A DNA stretch of 62,443 bases, filler included, from 5 parts of 5 records of this genome joined end to end with filler, not necessarily neighbours in it, one strand, 5' to 3'. Positions 47,714 to 57,407 are shown, numbered from the whole stretch's first letter. Numbers and translations: made by a program. Notes: generated by a model not told the origin, from the letters alone.

Positions 47714-47821
47714 ATGACAAAAAAGAAAGAAGATTCAGATTTAGAAATGGAAAATAATTTGACAAAGAAAACAGAAGATAAAAAAGATAATATCGAAGAA
47801 GTTGAAGAAATCGAAGAAGTT
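47714..47821 (+). CDS. N-terminal fragment of an acidic protein, truncated by the contig end
   Basis: AAGGA RBS, MTKKKEDSDLEMEN..., open to the linker. Confidence 0.6.
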
Positions 47822-47921
47822 NNNNNNNNNNNNNNNNNNNNNNNNNNNNNNNNNNNNNNNNNNNNTTAATTAATTAANNNNNNNNNNNNNNNNNNNNNNN
47901 NNNNNNNNNNNNNNNNNNNNN
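47822..47921. other. Artificial contig linker
   Basis: N run + TTAATTAATTAA + N run. Confidence 0.98.
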
Positions 47922-48013
47922 TAGCCGTCTAGACGGTGGGATAGACCACAACATTTGGCTACAAATTTTTCTAAACGTTTAGAGTTCTGATAAAATTATT
48001 TCTTTAATTAACA

Positions 48014-49108
48014 ATGGCTAACGCTACACAATCTGCGCTAGGCCGGTCTAATCTAAGTACCGGTACTGGTTATGGTGGTAGTGGTGATAAGTATGAACTT
48101 TACCTGAAGCTCTTTTCAGGTGAAATGTTCAAAGGCTTTCAGCACAACACCATCGCTCGTGACCTTGTCATGAAGCGTACACTGAAGAACGGTAAGTCTC
48201 TTCAGTTCATCTACACTGGACGCATGGACGCTGGTTTCCATACGCCTGGTACCCCCATCCTTGGCTCTGGTGATCCACCGGTGGCTGAGAAGACCATCGT
48301 TGTTGACGACCTGCTGGTCTCCAGTGCGTTCGTTTATGACCTCGACGAGACCCTGTCTCATTATGAGCTTCGTGGTGAGATCTCTAAGAAGATCGGCTAC
48401 GCTCTTGCTGAGCACTATGACCGTCGCATCTTCCGTTCTATTGTACGTGGTGCTCGCGCCGCTCACCCTGTGTCTGCAACCGGTAAGGTTGAGCCAGGTG
48501 GTACTCAGGTCCAAGTTGGATCTGGTACTGGTGCAGCAGCAGACGCTCTTGACTCTACTAAGATTGTTGCCGCCTTCTTTGAAGCCGCAGCAGTCTTGGA
48601 TGAGAAGGGAGTTGCTCAGGACGGACGTGTCGCCGTATTGTCGCCACGCCAATTCTACTCGTTGATCGAGAACGTCCAGAGCAATGCTCTGATTAATCGT
48701 GACGAGCAGGGCACCGCTCTGCAGTCAGGTCAAGGCGTCCTGTCGATCGCTGGTATCAAGATCTACAAGTCCATGAACCTTCCCTTCCTGGGTAAGTATG
48801 GTACTTCTTCTACCATCGATAATGCTGGCTCCTTTGTAGGCGTTGACGTCGAGGCTACTGCCACCGGCGAGAACAACCCCTACGGTGGTGCTTCTGACTT
48901 CGACACTTCTTGCGGACTTATCTTCCAGAAAGAAGCTGCCGGTGTTGTTGAAACCATTGGGCCACAGGTGCAAGTCACCAGTGGAGACGTATCCGTGATC
49001 TACCAAGGTGACGTGATTCTTGGGCGTCTCAGCATGGGTACGGATTATCTTAATCCTGCTGCTTGTGTGGAACTGCATGCTACCAGCACTGCTGGTTCTG
49101 CATTCTGA
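48014..49108 (+). CDS. Major capsid protein (T7 gp10-like)
   Basis: LYLKLFSGEMFKGF, RTLKNGKSLQFIYTGR, EKTIVVDDLL, YQGDVILGRL. Confidence 0.95.
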   Translation: MANATQSALGRSNLSTGTGYGGSGDKYELYLKLFSGEMFKGFQHNTIARDLVMKRTLKNGKSLQFIYTGRMDAGFHTPGTPILGSGDPPVAEKTIVVDDLLVSSAFVYDLDETLSHYELRGEISKKIGYALAEHYDRRIFRSIVRGARAAHPVSATGKVEPGGTQVQVGSGTGAAADALDSTKIVAAFFEAAAVLDEKGVAQDGRVAVLSPRQFYSLIENVQSNALINRDEQGTALQSGQGVLSIAGIKIYKSMNLPFLGKYGTSSTIDNAGSFVGVDVEATATGENNPYGGASDFDTSCGLIFQKEAAGVVETIGPQVQVTSGDVSVIYQGDVILGRLSMGTDYLNPAACVELHATSTAGSAF

Positions 49109-49127
49109 TCCATCTTTGTTCTATACT

Positions 49128-49154
49128 GGGACCTCTTCGGGGGTCCTTTTTTTT
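49128..49154 (+). terminator. Post-capsid intrinsic terminator (T7 Tphi position)
   Basis: GGGACCTC-TTCG-GGGGTCC-T8, cUUCGg tetraloop. Confidence 0.9.
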
Positions 49155-49159
49155 ATATC

Positions 49160-49780
49160 ATGACATCTTCTTCGTACGCAACGTCCACAGAATTGGATGC
49201 TGTTAACTACATCTTAATGAGTGTAGGTGAGTCTCCTGTCAATACACTAGAAACCCAAAGCCCTGAAGTTGCTATTGCTCAGAACACTCTTCGACAGATT
49301 TGTCGTGAAGTTCAGTCTGAGGGTTGGGTGTACAATACTGAATATGAGTTCCCGTTTGTGGTAGACACCAACGACGAGGTGCTAATTCCACCCACTGTCC
49401 TACGACTGGACGTTAACCGTTATAAGCATCAAGATTCATATGATGTGGTTAAGAGGGATGGTAAGCTATACGATCGGTACTCTCACTCTTTCAAGTTCAA
49501 AGACATTGATACACTGTTCTGTGATATTGTTTGGTTCTTTGACTTTGATGATATCCCTCAGGTCTTTCGAGACTACATCTCTGCACGTTCTTCCCGTATT
49601 GCTGTTAGCCGTATGGTAGCTGATGAGAAGAGTGCTAAGCTCTTAGCAGTAGATGAAGCACAGCTCCGTGCATTGGCTGTTGAGTATGATACTCAGCAAG
49701 CAGGCTACAACGTATTCCAAGGCACCGATTTCCGCAACCCTTACACCGCCTACAAACCTTTCCAAGCAGTTAGTAGATAA
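49160..49780 (+). CDS. Tail tubular protein A (gp11-like)
   Basis: TELDAVNYILMSVGESPVNTL, VQSEGWVYNTE, KLYDR, IPQVFRDYI. Confidence 0.92.
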   Translation: MTSSSYATSTELDAVNYILMSVGESPVNTLETQSPEVAIAQNTLRQICREVQSEGWVYNTEYEFPFVVDTNDEVLIPPTVLRLDVNRYKHQDSYDVVKRDGKLYDRYSHSFKFKDIDTLFCDIVWFFDFDDIPQVFRDYISARSSRIAVSRMVADEKSAKLLAVDEAQLRALAVEYDTQQAGYNVFQGTDFRNPYTAYKPFQAVSR

Positions 49781-49782
49781 CT

Positions 49783-52518
49783 ATGGCAGCAGTAAATCAA
49801 CGAATTCAAAACTTTCTTGGAGGCGTCTCACAGCAGCCAGACTTTATTAAGTTTCCTGGTCAGCTCAGGGTGTGTGACAATGCATATCCTGATGTAACCT
49901 TTGGCTTGTCTAAGCGTGCTCCTGGTGAGTTCGTTGCGGCGCTGTCCAATGCATCTTCTGGCGGTCAATGGTTTGAAATCATTAGAGATTCTGATGAAAA
50001 ATTTGTTGGCCAGATTACATCCAGTGGTATCAAAGTATGGAACTTAGATACAGGTGTTGAGCAGTCTGTCGGTGGTAGCTTTAGTTACCTGTCTGGTGCT
50101 ACTCAACCGTATGGTCTCCAGACTATTGGTGACTACACCCTCATCACTAACCCCCAGCAGACCGTAGGGACAACGGGAACTACTCCTACGTTCAGTAATA
50201 ACTATGCCTTTGTTTCGATCAATACAGTGGCGTACAACGCAGAGTACGTGGTTGCTATCAATGGCTCTAACCTAACTGCTACTACAAAGAACCGAGCTGG
50301 TGCTTTGAGTGTTGTTAGAAATAATACTAATAGTTCTAGCTGGCAAGACGTGCCATCAACTGGAGATGCTGGTCCTACTGATCATACAGGTAAGCAGGAG
50401 AAATTCAGACCAGGTAGTGGTATCAAATGTACTGTTGTTGTTAACGGTACTACTTACGTCAGAAGTTACACCAATGATCATGAAGCACAGTATGCTGCAC
50501 AGTACAACGCTGAAGTAGTACTACAAGACCCAGGATATAACGTAACTAATGGTGAAACCTTTAATGTTAATGTTGCAGGTATAAATTACGTTGTCACAGT
50601 AGATTCTGTTGAACCATATGAGACTTACTCTGATAGTAATGTAGGTTTCTTCAGTACACCAAAGAACCCTGACAAAGGCACCTTAAGTATTAACACTATT
50701 CTTGGTGGTTTAAAAGCCAGCATTGAGTCAGTTTATAGTGGTGTTACTGTAGAGATTATTGGTGATGGTTTATTTATTAGTTCTGGTTCTAGCTTTACTA
50801 TTGAAGTCAGAGGCGGTACAGTAAACAACTCTCTTGAAGTTATCCAAGACTCTGCTCCTAACGTAAGTAAGCTTCCTCAACAATGTAAGGATGGCTACAT
50901 CGCTAAGGTGTCAAACACTGAAGAGTCTGAAGCTGATGATTACTTTGTTAAGTTTGTAGCTGACAATGGTACTGTAGGCACTGGTTCATGGGAAGAGACT
51001 GTAGCTCCTGGTATTGTAGCAGGGCTAAACCCATCCACAATGCCTCATGCTTTGGTTAATAACCGTGACGGTACATTCAGTTTCCGTACACTAAACCAAT
51101 CCTCTGATCCAGATAACTACTGGATTGACAGGCAGGTAGGTGACATAACCAGCAACCCAGACCCTACCTTTGTAGGTAAGGGTATCAAGGATATCTTCTT
51201 TTACCGTAACCGTCTTGGGTTTATCTCAGGTGAGAATGTCATCCTTAGTCAGCCTGCTGATTACTTTAACTTCTTTATTGTTTCAGCAATTACTACTAGT
51301 GATGCAGATCCGATTGACATTGCAGCCTCTGACGTCAAGCCTGCTTTCCTGAACCATGTACTACCTATTCAAAAAGGTTTGGTGTTGTTCAGTGAGTCTG
51401 CCCAGTTCATGCTGTTTACTGAGTCTGATGCTCTTAGTACTAGTACTGCTCAGTTAAAGAAGCTAGCGTCATACGAGTGTAGTCCAACTGTCAGACCGAT
51501 AGATCTTGGCACCTCTGTTATGTTCAGCACTGGCAGCGCAGCACACACACGTGTGTTTGAGATGGTGATTCAAGATGAGACTGTGCCTCCTAAGGTGGTA
51601 GAACAGACTCGTGTTGTACCTGAGTTTATCCCAAAAGATGTAGATCATGTATCTAACTCTTCACAGACTGGCATTGCAAGCTATGGAAAGAGTGGTACAT
51701 CAACACTATACTTCTACAAATACTATGACACAGGCACTCAGCGTGAGCAGTCTGCATGGTACACTTGGACACTTACAGGCAGCCTAGTACATAGCCTGTT
51801 TACAGCAGGTAACCAATACGTCATCTCTTTACAGGGAAGCCAGTACATACTGTCACGCCATGAAATGGTGGTTGATACAACGAACACTCGTAGCTATCAA
51901 GTAGGTACAGGTGACACTAGTCGTAGGTTTGAGGCTACCTTGGACAACATGACCATAGCGTCAGCCTCTTATAATTCTACCACAGAAGTATCTACAGTCA
52001 CTCTTCCTTATACTTATGACAGTAACTATAGTATGCTGGCTGTATTCCTCAGCGGTACTGACGCTGGTGTTGTCAGAGTACCTGATAGTGTATCCGGCAC
52101 TACTGCTACTTTTAATAACATTGACCTGACTACTGGTAATGTTGCTATTGGATACAAGTACATCACTGAGATTGAGCTACCTAACTTCTACTATGCTGTA
52201 CAGCCTGGTAAGTATGATATTGATGGAGACCTACGGATTTCTCGTATCAACTTTGAGATGGGTATCTCTGGTCCTATGGAGTTCCATCTGACCTCACCAC
52301 AGGTTGATAGCTATATCCAGTATGAATCTGGAATGGAGGTTGACAGGGGTGAATTCAATGCTGTACCATCTAAGCTGTATAAGTCTGTTAAGGTTCCAGT
52401 TCATAGAAAGAATGAGAAATATACTCTTACCATTAAAGTCCCTGACCCTTTCACCGCTACTATAGTCTCAGCAAGCTGGGACGGACGTTATGACACAAAG
52501 CGACACGTACGTCGGTAA
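49783..52518 (+). CDS. Tail tubular protein B (gp12-like nozzle)
   Basis: NFLGGVSQQPD, TMPHALV, FFYRNRLGFISGENV, DPID, QSAW. Confidence 0.92.
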   Translation: MAAVNQRIQNFLGGVSQQPDFIKFPGQLRVCDNAYPDVTFGLSKRAPGEFVAALSNASSGGQWFEIIRDSDEKFVGQITSSGIKVWNLDTGVEQSVGGSFSYLSGATQPYGLQTIGDYTLITNPQQTVGTTGTTPTFSNNYAFVSINTVAYNAEYVVAINGSNLTATTKNRAGALSVVRNNTNSSSWQDVPSTGDAGPTDHTGKQEKFRPGSGIKCTVVVNGTTYVRSYTNDHEAQYAAQYNAEVVLQDPGYNVTNGETFNVNVAGINYVVTVDSVEPYETYSDSNVGFFSTPKNPDKGTLSINTILGGLKASIESVYSGVTVEIIGDGLFISSGSSFTIEVRGGTVNNSLEVIQDSAPNVSKLPQQCKDGYIAKVSNTEESEADDYFVKFVADNGTVGTGSWEETVAPGIVAGLNPSTMPHALVNNRDGTFSFRTLNQSSDPDNYWIDRQVGDITSNPDPTFVGKGIKDIFFYRNRLGFISGENVILSQPADYFNFFIVSAITTSDADPIDIAASDVKPAFLNHVLPIQKGLVLFSESAQFMLFTESDALSTSTAQLKKLASYECSPTVRPIDLGTSVMFSTGSAAHTRVFEMVIQDETVPPKVVEQTRVVPEFIPKDVDHVSNSSQTGIASYGKSGTSTLYFYKYYDTGTQREQSAWYTWTLTGSLVHSLFTAGNQYVISLQGSQYILSRHEMVVDTTNTRSYQVGTGDTSRRFEATLDNMTIASASYNSTTEVSTVTLPYTYDSNYSMLAVFLSGTDAGVVRVPDSVSGTTATFNNIDLTTGNVAIGYKYITEIELPNFYYAVQPGKYDIDGDLRISRINFEMGISGPMEFHLTSPQVDSYIQYESGMEVDRGEFNAVPSKLYKSVKVPVHRKNEKYTLTIKVPDPFTATIVSASWDGRYDTKRHVRR

Positions 52519-52951
52519 GTACATTCAACCATGCACCCCTCAACTAGCTCTAGAAGTTGGTGAGGATCTGCGTTGGGAAGACATAAGAGAAGTAGAAGAG
52601 ACAACAGGGCTGACTGCACCAGCAGCGGTCCTGGAATCTTATTATCGTTCTGCTTACTCTGTTTATTTCACTGTGCCCAACGGCAAGGCTGCCGGTGTGG
52701 CAGGCATAACGCCAGACAATAAGATCTGGATGCTATGCACTAAAGCCAGTGAAGAATACCCGCATACATTTATAAGAGAAGCCAGGAGGTGGCTTGATAG
52801 TCTTCCTTACACATACCTGTGGAACCACGCAGATATGAGGAATGAAAGTCACATTAAACTCTTGAAGCTTCTTAAGTTCAAATTTATTAAATACTACGTT
52901 CACAACGGTGTACCTCTCATTCAATTTATGAAATTATGTGTGAACCCATAA
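52490..52951 (+). CDS. gp13-like (GNAT-fold) virion assembly protein
   Basis: Position after tube B; LRWEDIRE, IWMLCT, LWNHADMRNESHIKLLKLL. Confidence 0.7.
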   Translation: MTQSDTYVGKYIQPCTPQLALEVGEDLRWEDIREVEETTGLTAPAAVLESYYRSAYSVYFTVPNGKAAGVAGITPDNKIWMLCTKASEEYPHTFIREARRWLDSLPYTYLWNHADMRNESHIKLLKLLKFKFIKYYVHNGVPLIQFMKLCVNP

Positions 52952-53649
52952 GTGCAACTATTGGAGTGCTTACTGCTGTAAGCGGTGGCATGCAAGCCAT
53001 TGGTCAGCACCAACAACAACAAGCAGCAGTAGCACGGTCTAACGCTATTGCTCAGCAACGGTATCAACGAGATATGCAGATCGCTGCTGCCCGTGATCAA
53101 GAGAAAGGCCGTGCATATCAAGCTGAATTAAAAGCATCGACTGCAGCTAAGAATGCGTACTATGCTCAGCTTACTGCTAACCAAGCAGAAGCTAATCGTG
53201 CGGTAGCATCGGCTGATCACAAACTAGACGAGAAAAGAACAACAGCAGCGTTCAGCTCACAGCGTAACATGGCTGCTGCTATCAAGGCACAAGGTTCAGT
53301 ATTAGCCACAGGAAAGTCTGGGCAATCGTTCTTGCTTCAAGCCTTAAATGAAGAGCGTGGGCTTGGATTTGAAATGGCTGAAATTGAGCAGACTCTTTAT
53401 GATGCTAGGCGTGCATCTGGTATTGAGAAAGAAGGTATTCTTCTGGATCAACACTCTTCTAATGTAGCAGCTTGGAACAACCTACCAGCAGATCCACTTT
53501 CACCACAAGCATCTTTCCTGCCTATCAAGCCTATCAAAGCCCAAGGGCCTTCTGGACTTGCATTAGCAGGCAGCTTACTTGGCTCAGCCGTTGGTGGAGT
53601 ATCATCTGGTCTTGGTGCCCAAGCTAGCATAAATGCTCTGGACGGTTAA
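52936..53649 (+). CDS. Internal virion/ejection protein (gp14-like)
   Basis: MCEP start, Ala/Gln-rich helices, Gly-rich hydrophobic ends; synteny. Confidence 0.75.
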   Translation: MCEPISATIGVLTAVSGGMQAIGQHQQQQAAVARSNAIAQQRYQRDMQIAAARDQEKGRAYQAELKASTAAKNAYYAQLTANQAEANRAVASADHKLDEKRTTAAFSSQRNMAAAIKAQGSVLATGKSGQSFLLQALNEERGLGFEMAEIEQTLYDARRASGIEKEGILLDQHSSNVAAWNNLPADPLSPQASFLPIKPIKAQGPSGLALAGSLLGSAVGGVSSGLGAQASINALDG

Positions 53650-53669
53650 GTTAATCTATTATTATCATT

Positions 53670-56255
53670 ATGGCATATCAAGGTAGCGCACAATCAGTTG
53701 GCTTCCGTAACCGTACTGTTATTGACCCCTCTAAGCGTATGCGCCAAGAGGCTCAGCAAATTAAAGAACAGGGACGGGAACGGGTCCAAGGAATGGAGAA
53801 GCAAGCTTCTCAAGAAATCAGTGAAATGAGACGTGTTAGCGAAATACAGGCTAGCAACTCTGATTACGAATTAAAAGCACTATCAAAGTTCAGCAACACT
53901 TTAACTAGCTTTCTTGAAGAAGATCTAGTTGACATTGAAAAACGAAGAATTGAAGGAGAGATTGAAGAAGGTAAGAAAATCTATGCAGAGCAAGGTCCTG
54001 CTTATCAACAGCAACAAAAAGAAGTTCAGGAGGCAGCTAACCGTAGCTATGACCTGGATGTAAAAGCAACTGAAATATCTCAGAACGCTCCTACTGATGA
54101 GGCTGCTGACCAAGTACGTCAGTTGTCTCGCTGGAAAGAGCATGGCTATCAGTTGGCAGCCATGAAAGAGTCTGGTACAAACTTTGGGGTCTACCTTGAC
54201 AACGAACTTTCTACTAACGAGACTTTAATTCAGGACCCAAATGGTGGGCCAGCATTTAAAATTAAAGACTATGACCCTAGTCAGCCTGATCAGTATGAAG
54301 CTGCAGTTAACTACCTGCAGAATGAGTACATCAAAGATCATAACCCTGCTGGTCTAAGTGCTAAGGTAGTAAACACCACACTTATCCCTTCGGTTGACAG
54401 TGCGACTAATGTACACCGCAAGCAGTACTATAGACAGCAAAAGATTGAACGTGCTACACTTGATCTTGAGACTGCTAGTGTAAGCCTGACAGAATCCTTG
54501 ACAGGTAATCAAGCGTTTCCTAAAGCTGATATTGCAATCAATGGGTACCTAGTACAGTCTGCAGACGCTTTTAAACGTCAAGGAGTTACTAACCCAAGGC
54601 AAGCAGCAAGGCAGCAGTTAATTAAAATTATTCAATCTCGTGCTGCGTCTGATCCTGAGAATGTAGAAAACTTGATTACCATGGTGTCAAGCGTAAACAT
54701 CAAAGGACACCCTGCTGGTGAAAAGAATTTGTTTCAACTGTATGGTACTGAAATCACTGCCAACGGTCTTCGTGCTAAAGCTATCAATCAAGAAGTATCA
54801 GACTTCGACCTTAGGCAGAAAGATAGTAAGCTTGATGTTTTACAAATAGTCGAAGCTTACAAGACAGCGGTTAATAATGGAAGCTTGTCTGGTACTGATC
54901 AGATACTTGCTTTAAAAGAAATTGAAAAATATGAGATTTATCATCCAGATATTATTAACGATGCTCGTGCTTACGTCCCACTACGTTTTGGACAAGAAGA
55001 ATCAAAAGCTTTAGCTGAGGCGTACCTTAAAGAGCAAGGTGGAGAAATCAGTAAAGAGCAGCTTATGAAGCTAGATGCTGATGTAGCTGTAGACTATGAA
55101 GAGTATTCTGTTGATGCCTTGTTTAGTGATGGCCAGGATGATGTCATCAAAGAACAAAATAAAAAGATTGAAGGCACAGTTCGTGGGATCAAAGGCGACT
55201 ATGATCAGAATAAAGCTTTGACTGCTGATGCTATTGCTGCTACAAGTGCTGCTCAAAGAAAGCTGGTTGCAGAAGCTCAGCGTCTTTATCAAGATTCTCA
55301 AAGAACTGATTCACCACTTTCCAAAGCTGATGCAATTAGAATGGCTGGTGATAGGATTAGCCAGTATATTAAGGAGGGTAACGACCCTAAAAACCCTCAG
55401 AACAGAAATGAGTACTACTACACCACTAATGAAGGGTTTAAACAATTTAATCAGCGTAACATTCCTGGAATTAGTAAAGCATACATTGAGACTCAAAACA
55501 TTATAGATAGTTATAAGAATCAATCCAAGCTAAACAGCAACCCTGCAATCAATTCAAACTTACAAATCCCTGTTAACCGCTTAGAACTTACTGAAAATGG
55601 TAATCCTGATTCTGTGTTTTTTGCATTGGCCCGGTTGAGCGGGTCAACAGCTTTTGAAATTCTTAACGCTCAACGTGCAAAGCAACAACCTTCATTGGCA
55701 AAGCTAGAGATGCCAAAAGAAGCTCAGACAGTCGATGCTATTATCAAGCAGAATCCTGATCTTAAACCTTTATTCTTAGCTGGACAGAGTTACAATCGTA
55801 TCAATAGAGGCATGGAACAGATTAGTGCTAGTGTGCCTAATCTAATGAAGGCTATTGGTTTTCAAGAATCTTCTGGAAACTACAAAGCTTACAATGATGA
55901 CTCGTATGGACCAACAAACCCTGCTTTAGGTAAGTATCAAATTCTTTGGAAAAACGTAAAGTCTTGGTCTAAAAAATACGGTATGCCTCACCCAGGTACC
56001 CAAGAAGATTTTAGAAACAACCCAACGTATCAAGAAACTTTAGCAAGAAAAGCTTTTGAAGGCTACGTCCAAGACGCAGCTAAGAAAGCACAAGACCGTG
56101 AGACTATCATTCGTATGGCTGCTGCTGCTTGGTACGGTGGCCCTGGTGCCATGAAAGAGTATGATAACCCTAAATACAGCGGAGGAGCTGGTTACCCCAA
56201 CATGCAAGAATACACATTGTCTGTTCTTGAAAAATACAAAGGAGGCATATTCTAA
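53670..56255 (+). CDS. Internal virion protein (gp15-like) with a C-terminal lytic transglycosylase-like domain
   Basis: Synteny; C-terminal AIGFQESSGNY, ALGKYQI, AAAAWYGGPG, YTLSVL. Confidence 0.78.
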   Translation: MAYQGSAQSVGFRNRTVIDPSKRMRQEAQQIKEQGRERVQGMEKQASQEISEMRRVSEIQASNSDYELKALSKFSNTLTSFLEEDLVDIEKRRIEGEIEEGKKIYAEQGPAYQQQQKEVQEAANRSYDLDVKATEISQNAPTDEAADQVRQLSRWKEHGYQLAAMKESGTNFGVYLDNELSTNETLIQDPNGGPAFKIKDYDPSQPDQYEAAVNYLQNEYIKDHNPAGLSAKVVNTTLIPSVDSATNVHRKQYYRQQKIERATLDLETASVSLTESLTGNQAFPKADIAINGYLVQSADAFKRQGVTNPRQAARQQLIKIIQSRAASDPENVENLITMVSSVNIKGHPAGEKNLFQLYGTEITANGLRAKAINQEVSDFDLRQKDSKLDVLQIVEAYKTAVNNGSLSGTDQILALKEIEKYEIYHPDIINDARAYVPLRFGQEESKALAEAYLKEQGGEISKEQLMKLDADVAVDYEEYSVDALFSDGQDDVIKEQNKKIEGTVRGIKGDYDQNKALTADAIAATSAAQRKLVAEAQRLYQDSQRTDSPLSKADAIRMAGDRISQYIKEGNDPKNPQNRNEYYYTTNEGFKQFNQRNIPGISKAYIETQNIIDSYKNQSKLNSNPAINSNLQIPVNRLELTENGNPDSVFFALARLSGSTAFEILNAQRAKQQPSLAKLEMPKEAQTVDAIIKQNPDLKPLFLAGQSYNRINRGMEQISASVPNLMKAIGFQESSGNYKAYNDDSYGPTNPALGKYQILWKNVKSWSKKYGMPHPGTQEDFRNNPTYQETLARKAFEGYVQDAAKKAQDRETIIRMAAAAWYGGPGAMKEYDNPKYSGGAGYPNMQEYTLSVLEKYKGGIF

Positions 56256-57187
56256 TGGAACAAGAACATATTGTACCTGAGTTCGGCTTGACAGAAGCCG
56301 ACAGACAAGGTATCGGCAGTGCTATTCGTGAAGCTGCTATGATACCTGATCCTCCAGAAGAAGAGGAGATTCCTGAAACCAAGCCTGCTGAACCTGAACC
56401 TACGTTTCTTTCTGAAGCCGGTGCAGCCATCGCTGGTGGTGGTGCAGATGCTGTTGAAAGTGTAGGTGGATTTGCTGAACTAGTAGGTGACACATTTAAA
56501 ACTGGTGTAAATCAGTTATTTGGTCAGCCCACTGATGACACACAGAACCCATTCAGTTCTGAGTATGAGTCTGGTGATGCAAACTGGCTAGATATTCCAG
56601 ACGATTGGGTACCTGAAAACAAAACAGGTCTAGGCAAGCTTGCTCGTGGTCTAGTTGAATTTGGCGCGTTAACCGTTGCTACTGGCGGTGCAGGTGGTTT
56701 AGCTACAGGAGGCTTAAGGCTTGGTGTACGCGGGGCTGCTATGGCTCGTGGAGCTGGCTTAGGTCTACAGGCGCGTCGTCGCTTGAACTTTGTAGGTAAA
56801 GCTGCTAAGATTGGTGCTGAAGGTGGTGTTGCTGACCTTGTGTCTAACAGCTCTGAAAGTGCTAACATGGCTAACTTACTCCAGGAACATACCCCTTGGC
56901 TTGCTCCATGGGTTACTAATGCTTTAGCTAACGATCCTGAAGATAATCCTTGGCTTGCTCGTATTAAAACCGTCACTGCTGGTGCTGGTTTAAATTGGGT
57001 TGGCTGGGGTGTAAGCGCCTTTGCTAAAGGATCCTGGGCCGCGGCCAGAGCCCGTAAAGCAGGTAAAAGCGTAGACGAGGCTAATGAAATTGGAAACAAA
57101 GTCCATGATCAAGAGCTAGAAAAAGCATACAACAACCACGCTACCTCAGCAGATGAGGTTGCTGCTAAACACAAGCAAGAAGGTCGT
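56255..57187 (+). CDS. Large internal virion protein (gp16-like), N-terminal part, truncated
   Basis: TAATG-coupled to the previous gene; Gly/Ala-rich hydrophobic segments; open to the linker. Confidence 0.7.
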
Positions 57188-57287
57188 NNNNNNNNNNNNN
57201 NNNNNNNNNNNNNNNNNNNNNNNNNNNNNNNTTAATTAATTAANNNNNNNNNNNNNNNNNNNNNNNNNNNNNNNNNNNNNNNNNNNN
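57188..57287. other. Artificial contig linker
   Basis: N run + TTAATTAATTAA + N run. Confidence 0.98.
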
Positions 57288-57407
57288 AAACGCGCTATTT
57301 TAAATATCATGACATCTTGAAAATAATCAATTAATCTATGATGTTTTAATTGACTAACATTAGTTAACGAACAACAAAAGCAATAGCATGAGGAGTAAAT
57401 AAGGATC

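Larger units (their letters stand above)
47922..57187 (+). mobile_element. T7-like cyanopodovirus genome fragment (virion structural module)
   Basis: Co-oriented gene order capsid-terminator-tail tube A-tail tube B-internal proteins, as in T7 genes 10-16; capsid resembles my recollection of the Prochlorococcus phage P-SSP7 capsid. Confidence 0.92.

Noticed and set aside
40061-47821. Alternative genetic code (TGA=Gly/Trp) in the AT-rich contig
   Set aside because: ORFs are full length in the standard code, Trp is TGG, and TGA ends dsbC at 45095-45097 in an ATGA overlap
47790-47821. GAAGAA-type repeats at the contig end
   Set aside because: Low-complexity coding sequence for a Glu-rich stretch
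49050-49130. T7-style -1 frameshift producing an extended capsid protein
   Set aside because: No slippery sequence recognised before the stop, and a terminator follows within about 20 nt
48116-57099. Long antisense or overlapping ORFs in phage genes (48116-48652, 48725-49078, 56524-57099) and similar shadows elsewhere
   Set aside because: They lie opposite or within well-supported genes, show no motifs, and are expected from codon bias
47922-57187. Phage block as a prophage of the flanking bacteria
   Set aside because: Bounded by artificial linkers, no att site or integrase seen, and it is cyanophage-like while the flanks are not cyanobacterial
31538-57243. Repeated TTAATTAATTAA as a biological repeat
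   Set aside because: Always centred in N runs of a 100-nt linker; a standard six-frame-stop concatenation spacer
57350-57367. Imperfect palindrome TTGACTAA-CA-TTAGTTAA upstream of the protease
   Set aside because: Single, AT-rich, one mismatch, no regulator in view
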